Assembly: GCA_951406725.2 (NCBI GenBank)
Contig: OX597825.1
Location: 35,712,001-35,776,000 of the forward strand
Direction: 5' to 3'
Length of the DNA: 64,000 nt
Origin: Octopus vulgaris
Lineage: Eukaryota
Shown: positions 54,030 to 64,000 of the stretch, in pieces
How the letters are laid out: the number at the start of each line of letters is the position of its first letter
How positions within the stretch are numbered: position 1 is the stretch's first letter
Translations under genes and position numbers: made by a program
Notes under the pieces: model-generated
The model's input: only the letters and a program-made list of their open reading frames with translations
Database searches by the model: none
What the model was told of the DNA's origin: nothing

Positions 54030-55258
54030 TCAGATCATAAGAATAAAATGTCCGATTTTGAACTGAAAGTTTATTTTACTTTATCTCAACAAAAAGCTAT
54101 GCATTTAATCAAAGTATGCACCTAAATTATCAACACAATTTTACCATTTCATCATATTATCGGTAGCTTATTTATGTGGCAGTGAAGAATTTTGGAGAGC
54201 AAGAGGTGAGAAAATCACGAAAGGCTGTTTTGGCATCTTCTTCAGACTTTAAGTTTTTCCTTACAAAAGTTGTCTAATGGCGGGAAAACGTAATAGTCAG
54301 TAGGTGCAAGGTCTGGTGAATATGGTGGATGACAGAGTACTTCCAAGTTCAGTTCCTGTGACTTGAGTAGCGTTCTTTGTGCAACATGTGGTCGAGCATT
54401 GTCTTGCAAGAGAATTGGCATGTCTCTATAGATCAATCTCGGTTGTTTAATTGCAAGTTCACTCATCATTTTATCTAAAAGGTTGACGTATACACCCGCT
54501 GTAATTAACTTACCAGGTTTCATGAAGCTGTAGTGAACGACACCAGCGCTGGACCGCCGAACAGACTCTAGTAGGTTGTGTTTTGGCACTTCGTTGCTAT
54601 TCAAGCACCGTGCAAAACGCTTACTTTTGTTGAAAAGAATCCATTTTTCATCACATGCAACAATACGATGCAAAAATGTTTCGCTTTTATGCCACGACAG
54701 CAAGTTTCAAGACCACGTGACATTTGATGCTCGTTCAGATCGTGTGCTACCCACTTGTTCAGCTTCTTTACCATGCCGATTTGTTTAAGATGGTCCAATA
54801 CAGTTGGTATTGAAACAGCAAACCTTGCTGCTAACTCACGCGTAGTTTGGGATGTATCCGCTTGCACTACAGTTTCCAGCTCGTCATTATCCACCTTGGT
54901 TTCAGGTCTAACACGGGGCTGATTTTCAAGAGTAAAGTCACCTGACCGGAACTTCTCAAACCATCCACGTACAGTGTGCTCATTCGCCACATCTTCAAAT
55001 ACCTCATTGATGTTTCGAGCCGTCTATTATGCATTAGTTCCACGACGGAACTCATTTTCATAAACAACAGGAATCTTGATCTATCCATGGGTTAAAAAAA
55101 ATTGAATTACAAAAGAAAACTCACAATATAATCAGACGCCATGAATTGCATTACTATTAGTAATGATGTAACTCTTCAAGGAATTGTCAGGATAAAACAT
55201 TAGAGTTAACGACTGTCAAATTTGGTGCATAAGAATATCGGAATTTCATTCTTAATGA

Positions 55259-55263
<5 letters not shown>
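54030..55263 (-). mobile_element. Full-length degenerate mariner (DD34D); transposase pseudogene starting at 55088
   Basis: TIRs tcagatcataagaataaaatgtccgat / atcggaatttcattcttaatgatctga with TA TSD; WFEKFRSGDFTLEN, WVAHDL, ACDEKWI, LQDNARPH, HPPYSPDLAPTDY. Confidence 0.93.
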
Positions 55264-55346
<83 letters not shown>

Positions 55347-55350
55347 TATA

Positions 55351-55386
<36 letters not shown>

Positions 55387-55412
55387 CATATACATATATA
55401 TATATATATATG

Positions 55413-55456
<44 letters not shown>

Positions 55457-55939
55457 TACAATAAAGTTTTAATTAATTCACACGCACACATTCACACACA
55501 CATACACACACACAGATATATATGTGCGTGTGCGTATGTAAATATATTTGTGTCTGTATGTTTGTGTGTGAATTAATTAAAACTGTATTGCACTTAAAAT
55601 TTTTGCTTCCGCCCTAATTCGAAGTAATTTATGCGCCCGCAAAACATTGTCACGCCCCACCATGGGAAATACTACATTAGATATTGTCATCTCGCACACC
55701 TTTAAAAAGACGGTATGTTGATATCTAGAATTCCAGTTCATTCTGGGCTGACCTAAATCTAAACAACAATTTATAAATGTAAGACTCTACCTTTTGTCTT
55801 TTATATGTTTCGGTGTTTGGACTGACACGTCGCTGTTTCTTTTTGTTTGTTTTTTTAATTAGTTTTTATTTACTTAGATGCATGTGGAGGCATTGCTGTG
55901 TGATAAAGAAGCTAGGTTTGCAAACCACTTTGTCTTACT

Positions 55940-56070
55940 TTCAGTCATTCAACATATTCCCCTCTCAGATTCACACACTTAGTGCAGCGGTCTTTCAGTT
56001 TTTCTAAGCTCTGTAAAAGAACTCGTAAGGCTTTTCCCTTAAAGAACTTTTCAGCATCCTCTCGTCTGCA
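55940..56070 (-). pseudogene. Mariner transposase C-terminal fragment
   Basis: [20 protein letters not shown] matches the mariner end motif RW.KCV...GEYVE. Confidence 0.7.
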
Positions 56071-56088
56071 TGTGTATATGTGTATATA

Positions 56089-56269
<181 letters not shown>

Positions 56270-59167
56270 TATACATATATATGTTTGTGTGTGTGTCTTT
56301 GTGTTTGTCTATCCACACCACTTGATAACCAGTGTTTTTTGTTTACGTCCCTGTAACTTCACAGTTCGGCAAAAGAGAGTACGAATCTTAACAATTAAGT
56401 ACTGGGGCTGACTTGTTCCCCTAAATTCTCAAGGTGCCGCCCCAGTATAGCCGCAGTCCAACGACTGACACAAGTTTAAAGTAAACAGCTGCAGTACTTG
56501 ACTGACACTTGATTTTTATCATTGATCCCGAATGGGGGGAAAACATATTTGATTTAGATGGAATTTGAACTTAGTACGCTGCCATTTTTTCCGATGCTCT
56601 ACCGATTGGCCAATCCTCTATCTTCGTTGGTGATATTTAGTCCACATCCGCTCTAGTTTGATCGAACAGATCAACGATGTTCTAACCGAGATTTCCCCTC
56701 TCGTAGATGCCTAACTTGTTACACTACGCCTTTGATCAAAGGTTTTCCAACCATGACCAGATTAAAGATATACTTTTGCTTAAAGACATACTATAACATA
56801 TCTAGGTTTGCATTATCCAATATATGCTCCCACTCCCACTTTTTTTGGATTCCCTAGTTTTATAACTTTTCAGCCGCCGTATCATAAAAGATGTTTCAGT
56901 CATTATCACTCTCTTTATTCGTTTTCAGACAGTTTATCTGATGCATCCCGCCTTTTCGTTGTTGAAAGTGTTATTGAGGTTGTTTAACCCAGACCATACT
57001 TTACAGTGCAGACTGGTGATTAAATGTTTACCAGGCGTGACATTTCCGTTTCATTTCAGTAAGAGTGTATATAGGACTAGATTAACCAACGTGTTTCTGG
57101 TTATTATTCCGGTGATTGTTGTGCTTGTTGTTGTTGTTGCTGTAGCTAAGTTCCAAGCCAACTTTAGTCCAGCTGACTTATGGTCATAGGTGTTCTAGCT
57201 ACGACTGTCCTGTCTTATTTTAGTTTACATAACAACTTTCTCATCTCGTTCTTAAAATGATTGACGAGCGTAACAGAACCTGGGGTAATTTCGCAAGAGT
57301 TTTCAGTCGGTACCTAAAGCCGTTTCGTTTCAAACCATTTTGAGAGTTTTTATGGTCACTCTACCTTCTAAAATTGGCAGTTAAACCACCCTCAAATCAT
57401 AATCTATCGTCTTTTGAAATAAAGGAGAGTCACCTTGAATAATATTATTCGGTATACAAATGAGTCTGAGTTTCTTTCGTAGAAGGCTTTTGATCATATT
57501 TTTGCTCATTTATCTATGACCTAGAGTTAAAACAACTTTATTTGGGAACGCCTGACAAATATTACCACACATTATCACCCTACATGAGAATATAGGGACA
57601 GTTTGTGTGCTTGGTCGTAAAAAAAAAAAAACAAGAAAGCAGGGTACATTAAATTATGTAGCCCGAGATAAACTGTGAAAAAATAATAACAGAATGTTCA
57701 GGAAAGGAACATTTTGGAACAAGTCTGACCTGGGGCTAAGTAACGCTTAGCAACACAGCATCGAAGAGTGGTTGTATGCTTCTGAGAGAAATCGGCAGGT
57801 TTCGCTTTCCGATTAAAACCTGCTGTTTCCACATACACCATTAGCTTTCTCACGAAATTTACTAATGATCCACAATCCTGTACCCAGTTACCTTCATAAA
57901 TATCCGATCATATTGTCTTCTCTTAGGTTAGTTTCTACTTTTTTGTGTAATTGGGCCATCCAGTAAAATATCAGTTTTACCAAAAGAGGGTTGCTAGCCT
58001 CCCGCTAGGGAAAGGGACAATATGAACGGCGTTAGGTCTTTCATGAGCCCTAGCACTCATATGAGCGGAACTTTACCCAGTTTTTGTGGTGTATAATTGA
58101 CCGAGATAACAACTTTCCCTCCCACTAGATTAGACACCAGTCCATGTCAAGGGTAACTTCCCAACTATTTCTGCAGCTCATTTATAACCGAGTGGACTGC
58201 TGCAACGTGAAAAGAAGCGTTTTACTCAAGAACAAACTTACTGCTCGTTCAAGGATTCGAAAGCACGATCTTACGATCAAGAACGCAGTGCTCTAGGCAT
58301 TAGGCCACGCGTCTTCACCAGTCAATGGTCCTTACAATCAGATTTCCTACGGTATAACATAACCCATTCAGTGAGTAATGTGAATTTGTGTACTGAAACA
58401 GATTTTGTTGTATCTTGGGAGAATCCTTATGCCAATAATAAGCACACACACTAATTCCATTTCAATTCTTTTATTTTTTTTTACTAGTCAACTACTTAAA
58501 CCATTTAACCAATTAATTAATCTATCGTTTGATCAATTGTCCAGTCAATCAATCAGCTATGTTCTGTCAGAGTCCTTTACTTGCTAATTCGCAACTTCGT
58601 CATTGAAATGCCATCTCTGATAAATGGAAATTGTATTGGAGCTTGTTGAAACTAAAGTTCTAGTTCATTAACGTGGCTTTAATCCATTACCGGGTTTAAT
58701 ATCACTACTTGGCTTTTGATGCCTTTAGTAGAGTTCCCTGTTGCAAGCATTCAGGTCAGGCTCCTGATCTAAGGATTATGTCTGCTCTTTCTCTCTTTTT
58801 TTCTCACCAATTTTAGAAGCCATGGGGGGAAAACCCAGAAAACAAGAAATCATATGTGTTGCCCATCATCATTTTATTAAGCCAGTGAGTGACAGAAAAA
58901 GGTATGTTTGTTTTACTGAGAGTAAGAGGGAGAGGTAATTAGCCATGGTCGTTTTAGTGTAATAGTGAACACAATCTTCAGGACTGGATAGCTACTCGTA
59001 TGTGGATCGAATCCCGCCAGTGGGCCAATATCTTTTTTTCCCTTTCTCAGAACCCACACACATATACACAAACATCCGCACACATGTAGGTAAGTAGATA
59101 GGTAAATACGCGTGTGTATGCATGCAAGCATGTGTTTAGCTGCCCGTGCGAGATTGTGGGGGGTGGG

Positions 59168-59207
<40 letters not shown>

Positions 59208-60866
59208 CTACAAACAAAAGAAAACATCGCTCAGTACATTACACCAGCTTCTGATCCTGGAGGCTTGTCAACTTCGACCTTCTTCGGAACGTCGATTGTT
59301 GGTATTGTTGCGGCAGATGTCTTTCGGGATAAACGTTGTTGTCGAAGGATAATATTCTAACCTCAAGTGGTTCTTACTTCCACAAATCTAAGAAATTGGC
59401 TCTCTGCTTTGCACCGCCATTTTCATTGCTTTGGTTTTGCAGCAATAACAGTGCACAGCTCTGGAATAGCCCCACGGTTTTCAAGGATCAATATGATTTG
59501 TAAGCCCGTATTTATTTCTCTTAACCATTCCATTTATCGCGATTCTGCGCTTACCTTCGTCCATATTGTGCTAACTATGTTGACAACGATCCAGGGTTTA
59601 ATATCACTGCCAATGTCCCTAGCTATTTCATTTGTGTTACGCTAGTCCATGGCAAATATTTGCTCCCCACTTTCAATCTTGTATATCAGGTTTACCTCAT
59701 TTAAGGTATAAGACTAATACACATGTAAACAATACATCTTGTAGTTGCTTTCGTGAGAGTATAGAGAAAATTCTTCTTCCTTTTATTAACCAAACAGTAA
59801 ACAAGTGTTCTGGTTATTACAAAATGCAATGAATTTGCAGAACCTTCTATGTTCATTTGAGAGTTTAGTCTTTGCTTTTTCGGTGTCGATATGGGTTAGA
59901 TAATGAGTTATTTAAGGCAGGATTTTGAAGCTGCATAACCAACCCTTATCTATTTTTCAAGCATAGGAATTTTTATTCCAGTAGAGAAAGAGTACAGAAT
60001 TTCTAGTTCTGTAATTCTTTCTTGAGCTGAAGCCTGGCCACAATCAAAATGTCTTTGGCATCTGTAACGAAGTTCCTTTTCTCGTTTGGCTTTTGTCTCC
60101 TAATCTTTGTGTATTTTATTATGGATATACTTACTCGTGTAAATTCCATTTCTTATTGTGAATTTTTAAAGCTACAAATGACTGTGATGTATTGTTCACA
60201 CGATTTATATTTGTTTTTTGTTTCTTTTTTTAACTTTCTTGGCGGATGTTATCTTTTAGTTTTGATACCATTATTATGCGTAAGACAGGTCAAGCCAAAA
60301 ATATTTTTGACTTTTAATAGCGTATAGATGAGAGTAAATATGTTTATGTAACATGGTACGGAATAAAAGGAGTCCGATCCCAAGCAAGACAGAACAAAAT
60401 CCAAAAGCCTTAAAAGGCAAAAGCGACACCAAAAGAAAATACATCTTGTCGGTTAAATAATAATTATAATAATCAGTTTTACTATAAACACAACACATGA
60501 CAAAATATATTAACTGTCAAGGACGAGCCGAAATTTTTACCTCAAGGTAATGTCTTGGACGATCAAACGTCCTGAAACCTTTTGTTGACATCATAGAAAG
60601 AAAGTAAAAGAAAACCCATCAATCTAGTAAATGTAGCAAAAGCTCAGTTTTGCGAGGGCTCTATTACAGGCATTCCTTCATAATAAACAACAACGACAAG
60701 TGGATCCATCATTATAATCGTACTACGGCTACTACTATTATAAGTACGATAATTGTTAAGTTTCATGGACGTAAAAGTACATCGGCTCGTCTTTAATATG
60801 TGCTGTTTTCTTTTATTCGTTTGCGTGCCCCACCTTTCCTGTACAAACGTGCGCGGGGACGCGCAT

Positions 60867-60907
<41 letters not shown>

Positions 60908-60930
60908 GTAAAGTTTGTCTACCAAATTTC

Positions 60931-61254
60931 GGTGCAGGTGTAGTATGTGATCTACATGCCATTGTGATCTACAGCACCTTAAATCTAGACTAGCTTGTAT
61001 TCTACATTCAAAATTTTGTTTTAAATTTGCAATTATAATTAGATGAGTGAGTTAAACATTTAAAAAATAAACTAAAAGTGTTTAAATCATAAAAGTTTCT
61101 TTGTTTATACACCTAACCAAGTAACTGAGTAAATAGGTGAATTTTAAATGTAGATCAAAAAGTCGGTGTAGATTACAAACTATACCATTTGAACTAAAGT
61201 AGATCACAAGCTATGCCAGAAACATGTATGTAGATCACATACTACACCGGCACC
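60931..61254. mobile_element. MITE with 8-bp TSD inserted in a SINE (Merlin- or Mutator-like)
   Basis: TIRs ggtgcaggtgtagtatgtgatctacat / atgtagatcacatactacaccggcacc; TSD caaatttc at 60923-60930 and 61255-61262; internal gtagat(c/t)a(c/a)aa subrepeats. Confidence 0.85.
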
Positions 61255-62537
61255 CAAATTTCTCTCATAAGGCATTAAACAATTCGAAGTCGTAATAGAA
61301 GACGCTCACACCATGTGCCACGCTATGGAATCAAACTCGAACCCATGTGTTGCCAAGCGAACTTTTTAACCTGATGGCAATGTCCGCTCTTAAAAATCAT
61401 GCTTTGTGTTGAGGGCTTATTAATTTGTTTGTGTGTGTGTCTATGTATGTGTGTACACGTGTATGTACGTATGTATATGCCTACTCATGCGTTGTCTGTA
61501 TTGTAAAGTACAAATTTCACTATCGCTCAGCATGGCGAAGCACGTGACTGAAAAAATTCGACGACAACAACAAAATGTCGACAGACAATGTATTTCCATA
61601 ATGAAATACAGAAATATCGAACAACATTCATCAAAAATATTCATTGAAATCTATTCTCGGCGCACATATATAAATATTTCAAACAATTGAGATAAACACT
61701 CTGAAAGTTATATAGCGGAACAATACTGTATTATTTCCTTATTCTCAACGAAATATTACGAGAGCCTTTCTATTCGCAAAATGTTTGTTATACATTTTCT
61801 TTTTATTTCTATTATTTCTATTCTTTCCTTTTCCCTTTGTCTCTTCCTTATCTCTCACGCATTAAAAATTAACCTGACTGTGGGAACCTTCTGAGAAACT
61901 ATTCTTTACGGAAAGAGAAAGAGAAAGCAAGAGTAGGAGTGGAGTTCTATTTAGAAAATATATTTATAGATTTAGTTCTAAACATAGTTACACACACTCA
62001 CACACACAGATATATGTATCGGAGTGTGCATACAGACACAGTCAAACACAGTCAGACATACATATATATACATAGGGTGTGAAAGAAAGAAAAAAAGAAA
62101 GATAGAAAGAGTTTCACGTGTATCACGAGTTTCTGCACATGGTATGCATAGAGGAAATTGTGGCACGTTTTCTGACATTTTTGTTTCTCCGTTTATTGTT
62201 CGTTTCTCCTCGGACCCCAAATAAATCTAAGAAATAATCATATTTAGAAATTTTTTCCTTAGGGTATTTTTCTTATTACCTTTTCACACCGCTATCATTC
62301 ATTGATCGTTCGAACAATTGGAACCGTAAGACTTAGAATTACGATTACTTAAGCTTCCCATTCTTATAATGATGGAGGCATTCAAATCGCGTTGGCGATG
62401 CTACATTATTTTCCTGTCTTCTTCCACATTATTTATCTATCCTTAAATGTCTGCATATTTCTTCATCTCCTTTAAAAATCACGATCATTTAAATCCATTC
62501 CAACAAATTGCATTCCTTTGGCTGTGAACCAAACTAT

Positions 62538-62875
62538 CGCATGGCTCAGTGGTTAGAGCGTCGAGCTTACGATCGTGAGGTTGTGAGCTCGAATCCCGGA
62601 CCGGGCTGCGTGTTGTGTTCTTGAGCAAAGCACTTTATTTCACGTTGCTCCAGTTCACTCAGCTGTAGAAATGAGTTGCGACGTCACTGGTGCCAAGCTG
62701 TATCGACCTTTGTCTTTCCCTTGGATAACACTGGTGGCGTGGGGAGGGGAGGCTGGTATGCATGGACGACTGCTGATCTTCCATAAACAACCTTGCCCGG
62801 ACTTGTGTCTAGGAGGGTAACTTTCTAGGTGCAATCCCATGGTCATTCATGACCGAAGGGGGTCTTTACCCTTAC
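62538..62875 (+). mobile_element. tRNA-derived SINE (fourth type)
   Basis: atggctcagtggttagagcgtc...gagctcgaatccc head, then gttgtgttcttgagcaaagcactttatttcacgttgctccagttcactcagctgtagaaatgagt core. Confidence 0.8.
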
Positions 62876-63003
62876 ACGCACGCACATACGCACGTCACGC
62901 GCATACATACATACATACATACATACATACATACATACATACATACATACATACATACATACATACGTACATACGTACATACATACATACATACATACAT
63001 ACA

Positions 63004-63034
<31 letters not shown>

Positions 63035-63049
63035 GTATGTATGTTCGCA

Positions 63050-63370
63050 AGGAAACAGGAATACCAAAATTACACACAACCTCTTTGTAGATGACTTGAA
63101 ACTGTATGCCAATGTATGCATCAGATGAAAAAGAGCCTTGATCAGGTTACAACATTCTCAAAGGATATAATGTTGGAATTTGGTCAATATAAATGTTGCT
63201 CTATGGCTGTGAAGAGAGGGAAAACTGTAAACTAGACTAGCAGTATCTACAACAATGGCTTAACTGTTACATGTACCTAGGGGTAGATGAAAATATATCT
63301 TACGACGATACCTGTAACAAGACACAAGTCATTAAAGAATATTACAGTCGGATAAGCAAATTATGGACAA
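63050..63370 (+). pseudogene. R4/Dong-like non-LTR reverse transcriptase fragment
   Basis: KITHNLFVDDLKLYA, TFSKDIMLEFGQYKC and YLGVDEN...IKEYYSRISKLW motifs. Confidence 0.82.
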
Positions 63371-64000
63371 TTTCGGGGCAGGGGACAAATCAATTACATC
63401 GATCCCAGTACTCAACTGATACTTATTTTATCGACCCCGAAAGGATGAAAGGTAAAGTCGACCTCGGCGGATTTTGAACTCAGAAAGTAATGACGGACGA
63501 AATACCGCCAAGTATTTTGCTCGGCGTGCTAATGATTCTGTTATCCCGATAATAACGATACTTACAAGTTGCTGGGACTACTTTAGTCGTATCTATTTAG
63601 GAATTGGAATAAATATGCGTTCTTGTTGGAAGTTGTGTAATCTGAATAAGAAAAAGGGCCCTTATTAACGAGTATTTGTTCTCTTCTAATAATATTAAAC
63701 TAGACAATAGAAGCATGGGTTGTGGAACGTATATGTGTTATTTTAAAATAATGCTCGCAAATGTTACATGCAAAAAAGGGTAAAACAATACATGCATCTG
63801 CATTAAAGGAAAGATAAAGAAACCTAATGCGAAGAAGTGAGACAGTGTATAGTATTGCAGAAGGAGAGAATATCTTCAAAGCAGTTTTAATCAAACACAA
63901 ATACAGGCATATATAATACTAAATACACATATAATAAGCAAAAACAGGTACATACACACAGGACGTACGTCCAATACCAATAGCACATACATGTACGTGT

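Overview
AT-rich, repeat-saturated animal genomic DNA. The SINE families and dense (TA)n/(TACA)n/(CA)n microsatellites suggest an octopus (coleoid cephalopod) genome; this is inferred from repeat motifs, not a database search. There is one convincing host coding exon (47204-47753, +): signal peptide, six-Cys CBM14/peritrophin-A chitin-binding domain and a Thr-rich mucin-like stalk, followed by a long intron. The rest is dead or degenerate Tc1/mariner, hAT and MITE DNA transposons, remnants of R4/Dong-like, RTE and Penelope-like (PLE) retroelements, and dozens of tRNA-derived SINEs. The main hidden signal is a dozen type-I hammerhead ribozyme (HHR) motifs read by eye on both strands. They lie in short non-coding inserts, mostly next to (TA)n tracts, and several inserts are fold-back structures. 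Intact copies have a palindromic, minimal helix III (CATG, CG, CCGG, CATATG, CGATCG). Two unrelated families replace the near-invariant C3-G8 core pair with A3-U8, and one uses U3-A8. This points to a diverse population of non-autonomous PLE/retrozyme-like elements associated with TA microsatellites. One near-canonical copy sits in sense orientation in the intron of the chitin-binding gene. Almost all ORFs in the supplied track are microsatellite artefacts. Coordinates of degenerate elements are approximate.
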